Source: a virus. Taken from it: 64,000 nucleotides of DNA. Of this stretch, positions 37,092-45,689 are shown in pieces (position 1 is the stretch's first letter; the number at the start of each line of letters is the position of its first letter). The notes beneath the pieces are model-generated. The model made no database searches and was not told the origin of the DNA. It saw only the letters and a program-made list of their open reading frames with translations. The stretch spans positions 69,906-133,905 of the IMG/VR virus record IMGVR_UViG_3300045988_153285. The stretch is one strand, 5' to 3'. A program made the position numbers and the translations under genes.

Positions 37092-38693
37092 ATGGATCAG
37101 TTTTATAATCAAGATTATTTTCCGACCCCCGACCATCTATTAGATAGAATGATTGAAAAGTTAGGGCATAATTGGAAGCATGAAGTTAAACATGTTCTTG
37201 AGCCTTCGGCAGGAGCTGGACATCTAATAGAAGGTATGAAGAATAGATATATGAAAGGACAAAAAATAAACGGGTTTTGGTGTCGTGGCTCAAAGACTTG
37301 TGATATTAAGTTTGATGCGGTTGAAATAGAAGATGGCCTAGTAGCTATTCTAAGAAATAAAGGTATAAATGTAGCTTATCATGGTGATTTTATGGATTAT
37401 GAACCACAAAAGTATTACGATTTAATATTCTGTAATCTACCATTTAGTTGTTGTAGCAAGCACTTAATTAAATGTATTAAGATACAAGAGAGAATAGGTG
37501 GTAAAATAGTTGCAATAACTTCAGCTACAATGTTAGAAAATGCATATAGTAATGATAGAGAATATTTAGAAAGATTATTAGAAGAATATAATGCTGATAT
37601 AGAATACATAGAAGAAGCATTTACGACTGATGATACAGAAAGAAAAACAAATGTAAAAATAGCATTGATTTATATTGATATTCCTATGAAGAATAAGGAA
37701 TCTATGTTTGAAAGAGAATTTAAAAGAGATTGTCCTAATATAGAAATAGAGGATGTTAATGCAGTAGCATTAAAGAAAAATAAGCTAGAACAGTTAGTGT
37801 TTGAATATGATTTATGTGTTAAATCTAGTGTAAAACTATTTGAAGAAAAGATGCGGGTTGATAAATTACTAAGTGGATTTGGTTTAAATAATGAATTATC
37901 AATATGCAAAGATTATTGTAATCCAAAAGCATTAAACATTAACACTTTTATTGAAGAAATGAATCAGAAATTTTGGCGTAAATTTATAGATGAAACAGAT
38001 TTTGAGTCAATGTTGCCTAGTCAACTAAAAGATAATTTCAGATCAAATATGCAAGCAAATAGAAATATAGCTTTTAATTTAGATAACTTGTATTATTTCT
38101 ATAATGAATTAATGAATGCTATACCAGATAGTTACGAAAAGACTGTAGCTAAAGTATTTGATGATTGCACTAGGAAATATAACTATACTGATTCAGAATG
38201 GTGTAAAACTACATGGGGATATGATGGATTTAAATCCAATAATGCTTTTGCTATTAATAGCAGAGTAATAATCCCTTGTTATATAGCTAATCCCAACTCT
38301 TATGGTACTCAAATCCCTGCAATATTTGTTGATTTAAATATTATATTTAACAACATAGCAGGAATTAAAAATAAAGATGATCTGAAATATCAGGGTGAGA
38401 TTTATAAGGCTATAACAAATCATTGTAAAAAGTTTGAAACTGAACACTTTCTTATATCTACATTTAAGAAGGGTACAATGCACATTTATTTTAAAAACAA
38501 AAAGCATTTAGCTATGTTTAACTATATGGCAGGTAGGGGAAAGTCATGGTTAGGTGAAGGTTTTGCTGATAAGCCTTATGATGATATGAATGATAGTGAA
38601 AAGGAAATTGTTAGAGTATTAGGATTTGAACCTGAAGATTTTAAACAAATGCAGTTGCAAAATAAAAGGGAATATATAAAATTATTAGCTTAA
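37092..38693 (+). CDS. N6-adenine DNA methyltransferase with a large C-terminal extension (DUF4942-like)
   Basis: SAM motif LEPSAGAGHL, catalytic-type motif FCNLPFS. Track start 37041 trimmed to ATG 37092 after AGAGGTGA. Confidence 0.6.
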   Translation: MDQFYNQDYFPTPDHLLDRMIEKLGHNWKHEVKHVLEPSAGAGHLIEGMKNRYMKGQKINGFWCRGSKTCDIKFDAVEIEDGLVAILRNKGINVAYHGDFMDYEPQKYYDLIFCNLPFSCCSKHLIKCIKIQERIGGKIVAITSATMLENAYSNDREYLERLLEEYNADIEYIEEAFTTDDTERKTNVKIALIYIDIPMKNKESMFEREFKRDCPNIEIEDVNAVALKKNKLEQLVFEYDLCVKSSVKLFEEKMRVDKLLSGFGLNNELSICKDYCNPKALNINTFIEEMNQKFWRKFIDETDFESMLPSQLKDNFRSNMQANRNIAFNLDNLYYFYNELMNAIPDSYEKTVAKVFDDCTRKYNYTDSEWCKTTWGYDGFKSNNAFAINSRVIIPCYIANPNSYGTQIPAIFVDLNIIFNNIAGIKNKDDLKYQGEIYKAITNHCKKFETEHFLISTFKKGTMHIYFKNKKHLAMFNYMAGRGKSWLGEGFADKPYDDMNDSEKEIVRVLGFEPEDFKQMQLQNKREYIKLLA

Positions 38694-38707
38694 AGGAGGA
38701 TATAGCA

Positions 38708-38884
38708 ATGACAAAACAAACTAAAATAAGAACATTTTCGGCTGAATCTATTACAAAACTAGAGGATAAATTAAATGAATTCTGCAAAGACAAAGAAGTT
38801 AAAACAATACAATATCAAGTAGATAATACTTTTTGTTTATATAAACATTTGGCTATGGTGGTGTATGAGATTACGACACATTAA
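38708..38884 (+). CDS. hypothetical small protein (58 aa)
   Basis: ATG 38708 after AAGGAGGA; stop TAA 38882-38884. Confidence 0.5.
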   Translation: MTKQTKIRTFSAESITKLEDKLNEFCKDKEVKTIQYQVDNTFCLYKHLAMVVYEITTH

Positions 38885-38908
38885 AAATTAAAATATGGAG
38901 GATATAAA

Positions 38909-39025
38909 ATGTTAGAAAAAATATATGAACAATTAACTGGTCGTTGTTGGCACGTATACTCTAAAATTCCGAAAGAGGTGGTACATTATAAGTGTATGAA
39001 ATGCGGGAAAATTATAGTAAAATAA
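38909..39025 (+). CDS. possible small Zn-binding peptide (38 aa)
   Basis: ATG 38909 after TGGAGGA; C..H...CMKCG. Confidence 0.4.
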   Translation: MLEKIYEQLTGRCWHVYSKIPKEVVHYKCMKCGKIIVK

Positions 39026-39093
39026 TAAACAATTCAAAAATATTGTAAATAAAATTGAAGTTTTATAAAAATTAATAAAAAGGAGATAATGAA

Positions 39094-39999
39094 ATGAGTA
39101 ATATAATAAACTGTAAAGCAATAAGAGATAAATACATAGAAGAAATTAAACAAAAGGATTTAACAGGATGTACAGTGGCATTTGTACAAGTAGGTGAAAA
39201 TCAAGCATCAAATGTATATGTGCGTAATAAAAAGAAGCTATGTGAAGAAGTTGGAATAGAAGTAGAACATTATCACTTATCTGAAAACATTACAGAAGAA
39301 CAACTATTAGCAACAATAGATATGTTAAATAAATGTAGTGCAATTACAGGAGTAATGGTACAACTCCCATTGCCAAAACATATAGACGAGAATAAGGTTA
39401 TTAATGCAATAGATCCTAATAAAGATATTGATGGTTTCCATGTTGTAAACAAAGGCAAGGTTGTTATAGGTGATGAGAGTGGAATTATTGCGGCTACTCC
39501 AAAGGGAATTATGACAATATTAAAAGAAGAAGGAATTGATTTAAAAGGTAAAAATGTAGTTGTAGTTGGAAGAAGCAATATTGTTGGTAAGCCTTTAGTT
39601 AGTTTATTAATTAATGAGGGTTGTACAGTTATTTGTTGCAATTCTAAAACACCTATGGGTTATTTAAAAAAGTATATATCAGATTGCGATATATTTATAT
39701 CGGCTATAGGCCAAGCAAACTATTGGAATTTAGATAAATTCAATGGAACTTTAGAACATAGAGAGCTGTTAAAAAAATACGCTCCTGAAGAATATAAAGA
39801 TACGTTCTTCACAGGTATATGTCCAGTAGCTATAGATATTGGCATCAATAGAGATGAAAATAATAAACTTTGTGGTGATATAGATAAAGAATTATATCCA
39901 TATTTTAAAAAGGTTACAAGTGTTCCTGGTGGAGTAGGGGTAACTACACAGATGTCGGTTGTAAGTAATATAGTAGAATTATTTGAGAGGTGGTTTTAA
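39094..39999 (+). CDS. folD: bifunctional methylene-THF dehydrogenase / methenyl-THF cyclohydrolase FolD
   Basis: VQLPLPKHID, DIDGFH, VVGRSNIVGKPL, TSVPGGVGVTT collinear with bacterial FolD; contains an insertion before the GINR segment. Confidence 0.85.
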   Translation: MSNIINCKAIRDKYIEEIKQKDLTGCTVAFVQVGENQASNVYVRNKKKLCEEVGIEVEHYHLSENITEEQLLATIDMLNKCSAITGVMVQLPLPKHIDENKVINAIDPNKDIDGFHVVNKGKVVIGDESGIIAATPKGIMTILKEEGIDLKGKNVVVVGRSNIVGKPLVSLLINEGCTVICCNSKTPMGYLKKYISDCDIFISAIGQANYWNLDKFNGTLEHRELLKKYAPEEYKDTFFTGICPVAIDIGINRDENNKLCGDIDKELYPYFKKVTSVPGGVGVTTQMSVVSNIVELFERWF

Positions 40000-40001
40000 A
40001 T

Positions 40002-40472
40002 ATGATAAAAAAGATTAAAAATAAAATCAACTACTTGTTGAATAAAAACAAAATAGACAACTCATACATAGAAATTTTTGAAAGCAAATATGGTTTAGGA
40101 GGTGGCGACTTGTCCGTTTGGGTAAATAAAACTAATATAGAGTCCTTACCATATGAATATCATTTATCTACCGAAGGCTTTCTATTTTATAAAACTTTAG
40201 AGGATGGAGTTAAATATTATAACGAATTACTAAAGGAATTTGAAGAATTTATTGTAGCTAATGTTGAACTCATAGATGAAGATATAGAAGATGGCAAATA
40301 TTCAGAATGGGGAAAATACAAAAGATTATATGGGGTAGATATAAAACATACTGAAAATGGATGGACTATAGATATAGAAGCTCCTACATTTTATAGTTTA
40401 AATAATGCATATTTATGGTTTAAAGGGCTTGTAAATCAGTTAAATGAAATATTACAAGAGTATAATAAATAA
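40002..40472 (+). CDS. hypothetical protein (156 aa)
   Basis: Track ORF 39990..40472 trimmed to ATG 40002 after GAGGTGG. Confidence 0.7.
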   Translation: MIKKIKNKINYLLNKNKIDNSYIEIFESKYGLGGGDLSVWVNKTNIESLPYEYHLSTEGFLFYKTLEDGVKYYNELLKEFEEFIVANVELIDEDIEDGKYSEWGKYKRLYGVDIKHTENGWTIDIEAPTFYSLNNAYLWFKGLVNQLNEILQEYNK

Positions 40473-40519
40473 ATCTATTTAATAAAAATTAAAATAATAC
40501 ATAGAGGAGAGATTGAATT

Positions 40520-41254
40520 ATGAAAAATAAATTAAATATAACTGAAACACAGGTATTTGGATTTGAAGCATCATTTAGAGGAATGAGAAATCCTAAAAAC
40601 AGTTGGCATTTAAGTGATACAACAACATTAAATTGTTTAAAACATGATTATAATATAGAAGATATAAAACCTTTAATGCCTTATGACACTATAGAAGGTG
40701 TATTATTAGGTGAGAAAGATCTCAAACTGGCGCAAACATTAATTAAAGCTGGATCAGAGCATATGAAGTTTATGAGAATGATTCAAGTGTGGGCGGATAT
40801 GGATATGACGAGATTCTTTTGGAGTGAATTTGATACATATAAATTTAATTCTAAGAATAGCTGCAGCACAATGCACAAACTATTAAATCCTAAAAATGAA
40901 ATTACATTAGATATGTTTGATTATTATGAAGAAGATTTAGATGTGGTAACTGATAATATAAAAAGACTAAATGAAATAAGAGAGGTGTTCTTAGCAACAA
41001 AAGATTTTAAAATTCAATGTCAATTAAAGAGAAGGGCGAAAACATTATTGTTTGATGGATTCTTGCAGTTAAGAACAGTTAACACTAACTATGCAGAATT
41101 AAGAAATATGGTTCTGCAAAGAAATAAACATCAATTAGCACCTGATTGGCAAAATTGCTTCTGCACATGGGTTACAACACTACCTTATGCTAAAGAATTA
41201 ATTTTCTGTGGATTAGAAGATGAATACGAAAGATTAAAACAAAAAGAAAATTAA
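40520..41254 (+). CDS. ThyX (Thy1)-fold protein lacking the canonical RHR...SxRY signature
   Basis: By-eye collinearity with ThyX: EHMKFMRMIQVWADMDMTRFFWSEFDTYKFNSKNSCSTMHKL vs HE.PFEH..F.F....SR...RQ..RHR..S....S.RY. Later TVNTNYAELRNMVLQR...APDWQ vs T.N.R.L..F..LR...AQ.EI. Confidence 0.45.
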   Translation: MKNKLNITETQVFGFEASFRGMRNPKNSWHLSDTTTLNCLKHDYNIEDIKPLMPYDTIEGVLLGEKDLKLAQTLIKAGSEHMKFMRMIQVWADMDMTRFFWSEFDTYKFNSKNSCSTMHKLLNPKNEITLDMFDYYEEDLDVVTDNIKRLNEIREVFLATKDFKIQCQLKRRAKTLLFDGFLQLRTVNTNYAELRNMVLQRNKHQLAPDWQNCFCTWVTTLPYAKELIFCGLEDEYERLKQKEN

Positions 41255-41285
41255 TATAAAAGCAGTATTTTATTAGGAGGTTTGA

Positions 41286-41507
41286 ATGAATAGAAAATAT
41301 CAAAAATTAAAAGAATCAATTAAATACATATTAATAGCATTAATTGCATGGTGGACTTATAATCACACAACAGTAACTTTATATAATACTGATAGCGTTA
41401 TATTGACTGAAATAGTTAAGTTATCTGCTGTTACAATGATAACCTATTTAGTAATGTGCGCATTAATACCAATAGGAAGATTATTATTAAAATTTATTAA
41501 TAAATAG
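41286..41507 (+). CDS. small membrane protein (73 aa)
   Basis: ORF track; SD AGGAGG; two hydrophobic helices. Confidence 0.7.
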   Translation: MNRKYQKLKESIKYILIALIAWWTYNHTTVTLYNTDSVILTEIVKLSAVTMITYLVMCALIPIGRLLLKFINK

Positions 41508-41518
41508 GAGTGAATTAA

Positions 41519-41707
41519 ATGATAAGAATAATATGTGATAAATGTAATAAAGATGCTGATTTCTTTGGTGCTAAAGAGCTAACTAAGGAAGAAATAGATA
41601 AATTATCAGTAGAGTATAACACAGAATTTCAAGGCAAATTAATGATAGAAACTTTTGTGTGTCCTAGCTGTGGAGATGTGAGAGATTTTATACATGTTTT
41701 ATACTAA
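41519..41707 (+). CDS. Zn-ribbon protein (62 aa)
   Basis: ORF track; CDKC...CPSCG. Confidence 0.7.
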   Translation: MIRIICDKCNKDADFFGAKELTKEEIDKLSVEYNTEFQGKLMIETFVCPSCGDVRDFIHVLY

Positions 41708-41742
41708 AAAGAAAATTAACAAAATAAGGTAATAAATTATAG

Positions 41743-41794
41743 ACTCCTGCATATCATAGTAATATAAGAGATGATGTGAAGGAGTTTTTATTTT
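41743..41794 (+). terminator. long stem-loop plus U-tract whose 3' arm contains the SD of the next ORF
   Basis: ACTCCTGCATATCAT (41743-41757) pairs with ATGATGTGAAGGAGT (41771-41785): 15 positions, one mismatch, one G-U. Followed by TTTTTATTTT; AAGGAG 41779-41784 is the SD for ATG 41795. Confidence 0.55.
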
Positions 41795-41989
41795 ATGCTA
41801 AAAGAAAATCAAATCTGTACATTTACTAACAAAGGAAGTTGGACTAATTCTAGATTAGATGGTGAGAAGGTAATAATTAAAAGAATATATGATTATGAAG
41901 TAGTAGTTGATTTTTTAGAGGCAACTAGCATGGGGCATAGATTGGCAAATATGATGGTTGACATTGAGGAATTGAACATTTGTAATTAA
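41795..41989 (+). CDS. hypothetical protein (64 aa)
   Basis: ORF track; last plus-strand gene before the convergence zone. Confidence 0.6.
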   Translation: MLKENQICTFTNKGSWTNSRLDGEKVIIKRIYDYEVVVDFLEATSMGHRLANMMVDIEELNICN

Positions 41990-42000
41990 AAAAGTAAAAA

Positions 42001-42048
42001 ATAAGGGATAATAGGCTACAAATTAATGTAACTTACTATCCCTTATTT
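42001..42048 (+). terminator. stem-loop terminator ending the plus-strand block
   Basis: ATAAGGGATA 42001-42010 pairs with TATCCCTTAT 42037-42046 (10 bp, 26-nt loop), then TTT. Confidence 0.45.
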
Positions 42049-42144
42049 GTATAAAAACTAAATTTTATAATGAATATTTATGCCTATAGAAGGCTATAAT
42101 AATTAATGGTTATAGAATGCAGTGATGCATCTAACGGATAAAAA

Positions 42145-42224
42145 AATAAGGGTACTATAAAGCAATAATAAAATAACTTAACTGAATTTAGTTATCTTAA
42201 AATCATTTTTATAGTACCCTTATT
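42145..42224 (-). terminator. 17-bp perfect inverted repeat, probably the distal terminator of the minus-strand recombinase operon
   Basis: AATAAGGGTACTATAAA 42145-42161 / TTTATAGTACCCTTATT 42208-42224, 46-nt spacer with an inner ATAACT/AGTTAT stem. On the minus strand it is followed by a T7 run (plus A-run 42139-42145). Confidence 0.5.
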
Positions 42225-42398
42225 AAAAGATTGTAACGCCATATGTCTTATGATATAATAAAACCCTCATCATCGGAGTTGAGCCTACAGGTTCTCTCCT
42301 TTAATTTAATCTCTCTCATACTCGTTTATCCTCACTTATACTCGGTTTTTCAAATGTATAAACTTGTTAAAATCATCATTTTATAAACCAAATTAAAA

Positions 42399-42422
42399 AG
42401 AGTAGGAAAGTGTCCACTCTTA
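42399..42422 (-). terminator. rho-independent terminator after ORF 42470..42799
   Basis: Minus strand reads AAGAGTGGACACTTTCCTACTCTTTTTAATTT: imperfect stem AGAGT.GGA / TCC.ACTCT then a T-run. Confidence 0.5.
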
Positions 42423-42469
42423 AATTAATTTATCATCTCATTTTTTATTTAATTTATTTTTGTTCATTG

Positions 42470-42799
42470 TTATCTAATCTTCTCCTTTATGATAGTTATA
42501 TCGGTCTTCATTTCACTTAAATTACTATTTATGCTTTGGAATTCTTTTGTGGTTCTATCAAACGTCTCTAATGCTAATCTCAATGTCTTTTTATCTTCTT
42601 TATTTTCTTCTTTCATTGCCCTTATTTCATCTTTAGACTCTTTAACATCTGATTTTAAATCATTAATTCTTTCATTGGTAAGATTCATATTTCTCTTATC
42701 CACTGTTTTTATATATGCTATAAGTCCAATTACTGCTAAAAGCAATAATCCTGCTATCGCACTAACCTTGTATGTTTCTGTTAATACTTGTTCAATCAT
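42470..42799 (-). CDS. membrane-anchored coiled-coil protein (109 aa)
   Basis: ORF track; N-terminal TM helix AIAGLLLLAVIGLIAYI then a K/E-rich coiled coil. The overlapping plus ORF 42489..42824 is low-complexity antisense. Confidence 0.55.
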   Translation of the reverse strand: MIEQVLTETYKVSAIAGLLLLAVIGLIAYIKTVDKRNMNLTNERINDLKSDVKESKDEIRAMKEENKEDKKTLRLALETFDRTTKEFQSINSNLSEMKTDITIIKEKIR

Positions 42800-42944
42800 T
42801 TTTAATTACCTGCCTTTCTGTTGATTCCATTTATTGTATCTATAACGCAAAATTATTGTGGCTACTAATGAGATTAATAGGGTTATCCCATTGACTATCA
42901 CCTCCTTTAGTTGCTCCTTAGATTTGTTGGATTGTTATTTGTAA

Positions 42945-43952
42945 TTAATCAAATAGGTTATCCATTCCCTCATCAGGTCTAAGATCATAGAATTTTTGTG
43001 TCGTAGAAATATCGTTATGTTGACAAACATATTTACTTACTAATTTAATATCCTTACCTTTAGATAAGAGATGAGTTGCTGCACTAGCTTTAAATAAGTG
43101 TGGATTAATTCTTCTGCCTAATATATCTGACAGTATATCTGAACAAACACCATTAACCCATTCTTTTGAAGCCATTTTAATTTTCCCATCATATTTAGTA
43201 GTAAATATATATTCATGTTCATACCCTCTATGTTCTAACCATAAGTTTATGTAATCAATACATTCTTGATTTAACATGTATTGACAAATCTTACCATCTT
43301 TACTGCGCCCTTTTTCACGAACTTTATTGCTTAGAACATAAGATTTACCTTCTGGAATGCCATCTTTTATGCAGTCAACTTTAAATTGAACTATCCCTCC
43401 ACGTCTAGCACCACAATTAAACGCACATACTACCCAAGCTAGAGCCATGTAGTTCTCATCTGCAAGTAATACTTCTTTTAATTTTTCATATTCCTTCTCC
43501 GAAATAGGGATTTTTTCATAAACATAATTTAATGGGATATCTTTAAAAGCAGTAGTAAAATTTCTAAATAATTCATATTCATCACTATCATCTGCAACAT
43601 TATCTAAAATATAATTACATAATGAGCTACACGCACTTTTCTTAAATTTTAATCCGCTGCTACTCATACCCCTATTAGTAAGATAACTCATATATCTCGT
43701 AAAATCTCTTTTCTTAATTTTGTATAGTGGTTTATCATTACATGACGTATACACCCAATAGACAAATTGTTTTAATGCAGACCAATATTGCTTCCTAGTA
43801 TCAGGACTGAGTTGTGGCTTAGAATCGAAGAATTCTTGAATCATTTCTCTAGTTTCTTGATTGCATCGCTTGTACATTTCATCTGTTACTGTAGGAAGTT
43901 TTAAAGATCTCTCCCTAACCATATTCATTTCTATATTTTTGTTATTTTCCAT
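42945..43952 (-). CDS. tyrosine recombinase / phage integrase family
   Basis: SAM-like N-domain. Catalytic-domain features CGARRGG (Arg I), NPHLFKASAATHLL (HxxR-like box with K), VCQHNDISTTQKFY (H...Y). SD AAGGAGG. Confidence 0.75.
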   Translation of the reverse strand: MENNKNIEMNMVRERSLKLPTVTDEMYKRCNQETREMIQEFFDSKPQLSPDTRKQYWSALKQFVYWVYTSCNDKPLYKIKKRDFTRYMSYLTNRGMSSSGLKFKKSACSSLCNYILDNVADDSDEYELFRNFTTAFKDIPLNYVYEKIPISEKEYEKLKEVLLADENYMALAWVVCAFNCGARRGGIVQFKVDCIKDGIPEGKSYVLSNKVREKGRSKDGKICQYMLNQECIDYINLWLEHRGYEHEYIFTTKYDGKIKMASKEWVNGVCSDILSDILGRRINPHLFKASAATHLLSKGKDIKLVSKYVCQHNDISTTQKFYDLRPDEGMDNLFD

Positions 43953-44144
43953 AAGTTTATTCCTCCTTAAATTTATTAATTTATGGTTGTGGGCGTAGAA
44001 TCATCTACGACCAAGAGGAGAGATTTTCAACCTCCCTCTGAATTGTGTTTGTTAATTTTTGCTCGTTCATGGTAGGCGTTTGTATTGTGATAGAGTAATA
44101 CTAATAACCTAAATCTCACTAAAATCCACTTATACTGCAAATCC

Positions 44145-44196
44145 TTTTGTCAAAGATGTGTAAATTTTATATGTATTTTTGTCAATAATGTGTAAA
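44145..44196 (-). promoter_or_regulatory. two 20-nt direct repeats, each containing a minus-strand TTGACA; candidate operators or promoters upstream of the recombinase gene
   Basis: TTTTGTCAAAGATGTGTAAA 44145-44164 and TTTTGTCAATAATGTGTAAA 44177-44196 (18/20 identical, 32-nt period). Confidence 0.45.
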
Positions 44197-44202
44197 ATGC
44201 AC

Positions 44203-45075
44203 CTAATTAAGTTTAAATAAATTTACGATACCCTGCATTTCATTTAATTTATTACCTTTATAATATATTCTTGGGTTCACAACTATAAATTCTTTACCAC
44301 CTATTTTAGATTGCATTATTACTTTTTCGTTATTAACAGTTAATCCCATTAAAGCTCTTTTCATAGAGTCAACCCTGCTATACCCTAAGTATTCGGATAA
44401 TTCTTGCATAGTGTATTTTTCAATTAATTCAACTATATCTTCTTTAGGATTTTTACATATAACGTTTGTTTTATAATTTACTAATGGCAACAATTTAATA
44501 AGCAATCCTAATTTCTTATGCTCTTTTGGTAATGAATTTTCATACAGTTCTTTTATTGCTTTATCAAACATTCTAACCACTTCTTTCTTATTCTTTACTT
44601 CACCTTTTACACATACATCTGTATTGACTTTAACATAACCTTGTTTATCATAATGGATAAGATTATTTTCTTCTAAGTATTCTATAGTCCTGTAACAATC
44701 TTTCGAACTTAAATTTAATATTTCAAACAAATCTTTTTTAACACACAATCTACCTTCTGCTTTAGCATTACCTAATTCCAAATATCCTTTAAAATTCTCA
44801 AATGTACATAAATATAAAAATCTAAATGTAAATTGATTTGATTCTAGCTTGTTATAATAATTAAAATAAAAACCACCCAATTCTTCTTTAATAAACTGCT
44901 TGAATAAATCATTATTGGGAATAAATTCTTCTCCTCTATCATTGAGTTTGCTGTTACCTTTTGGCGCAGAAGTGTAGTTTGATTTTAAATATTCTATTTC
45001 TTCCATAGTTAAGTATTGTATTATTTCACCTGTATTTTCATTAAAAATTGAATAGTTTGTTAATTCATTCATCAT
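44203..45075 (-). CDS. winged-helix DNA-binding protein, possibly a replication initiator or regulator (290 aa)
   Basis: ORF track; two wHTH-like segments (...DCYRTIEYLEENNLIHYDKQGYVKV..., ...MQELSEYLGYSRVDSMKRALMGL...). Function is inferred only. Confidence 0.35.
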   Translation of the reverse strand: MMNELTNYSIFNENTGEIIQYLTMEEIEYLKSNYTSAPKGNSKLNDRGEEFIPNNDLFKQFIKEELGGFYFNYYNKLESNQFTFRFLYLCTFENFKGYLELGNAKAEGRLCVKKDLFEILNLSSKDCYRTIEYLEENNLIHYDKQGYVKVNTDVCVKGEVKNKKEVVRMFDKAIKELYENSLPKEHKKLGLLIKLLPLVNYKTNVICKNPKEDIVELIEKYTMQELSEYLGYSRVDSMKRALMGLTVNNEKVIMQSKIGGKEFIVVNPRIYYKGNKLNEMQGIVNLFKLN

Positions 45076-45530
45076 TTCTTCCCTCTTTTCTTTTTGTTAA
45101 TTTTATTTTGTTTCTGAATCTGCATATATTCTTTCTTTTGTAGTTTATCTTCGAGGTTATACCATTTACCACCTAAAGTTACCACTAGCTCAAATCTAGC
45201 ATCTTGATTTAGGTATTTGCACATCTTGATCTTATTTTTACTTTCAATTGTTATATTATATAAACTACCTTTTACGTCCACAATTACAAGTTGTCCATCT
45301 TTTTCATAAGTCATATCACTTACATACACCATCTGCCTTACAGCATTTCCGTAGCTGTCTTTAAACTTAGGAACTAACACAAACTCTCTTTGTCTATCTA
45401 GGTTAGTTATTAAGCCTTGTTCTTGCATATCACATAAATGCAACCAATATTTGTATTCTGTAGTGCTGTCAAATTCTCCATATTTATCATCTTTAACTTT
45501 TTTACTTGCAAACTTTCTACTTCTAGCCAT
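45072..45530 (-). CDS. DUF1064-family (PD-(D/E)xK-like) nuclease
   Basis: KYGEFDSTTEYKYWLHL...FVLVPKF...YVSDMTYEKDGQLVIVDVKG matches the DUF1064 pattern; SD AAAGGAGG. Confidence 0.6.
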   Translation of the reverse strand: MARSRKFASKKVKDDKYGEFDSTTEYKYWLHLCDMQEQGLITNLDRQREFVLVPKFKDSYGNAVRQMVYVSDMTYEKDGQLVIVDVKGSLYNITIESKNKIKMCKYLNQDARFELVVTLGGKWYNLEDKLQKKEYMQIQKQNKINKKKRGKK

Positions 45531-45641
45531 TCAATTTCCTCCTTTATATTGTTAAATTTTTATCATAGTTATTGTTTGTATTGCTTGTACCCTCAAAATC
45601 ATCTAAATAATTACGCTAAATAGAGATTATGTTAATACACA

Positions 45642-45670
45642 TTGATACGTATTCGCAAAAATGTTATAAT
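45642..45670 (+). promoter_or_regulatory. sigma-A-type promoter for ORF 45690
   Basis: TTGATA 45642-45647, 17-nt spacer with TG 1 nt upstream of the -10 (TGTTATAAT), TATAAT 45665-45670; divergent from the minus-strand operon. Confidence 0.6.
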
Positions 45671-45689
45671 ATTTATGAGGTGATACAAA

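Noticed and set aside
8312-39641. All other minus-strand track ORFs inside the plus-strand block (8312, 9025, 10209, 14479, 16808, 17732, 18257, 19488, 19591, 20696, 22882, 23335, 26912, 29476, 30690, 36010, 37415, 37670, 38933, 39273)
   Set aside because: Each lies antisense within a longer ORF that has recognisable motifs or operon context. The compositions (S/L/I/F/P-rich) and the absence of SDs indicate shadow ORFs.
5905-41720. Recurrent AAAATTAA(T/C/A)AAAA strings just upstream of many SD sequences, considered as a separate regulatory motif
   Set aside because: The strings are short, variable and made only of A and T in a very AT-rich genome, so they cannot be distinguished from compositional bias by eye. 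Only the rigid 17-nt box linked to TTGACA was reported.
42255-42300. tRNA gene or tRNA 3'-end fragment (attP core) in the GC-richer stretch GGAGTTGAGCCTACAGGTTCTCTCC
   Set aside because: GGTTCTCTCC is one base short of a T-arm/loop consensus, and no acceptor, D or anticodon arms can be drawn. The stretch is kept only as a possible att core or small RNA in a finding.
42806-42901. 31-codon hydrophobic minus-strand ORF (GTG-IVNGITLLISLVATIILRYRYNKWNQQKGR*) between the recombinase gene and ORF 42470..42799
   Set aside because: The only start is a GTG that overlaps the AAAGGAGG sequence itself. The nearest alternative SD is 12 nt away, and the properly spaced ATG opens a 2-codon ORF. It could be a small toxin-like peptide, but the support is insufficient.
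44203-45075. Calling the 290-aa protein a definite plasmid replication initiator
   Set aside because: I can see only winged-helix-like segments and the genomic context, with no diagnostic Rep motif. The function is kept as a low-confidence suggestion.
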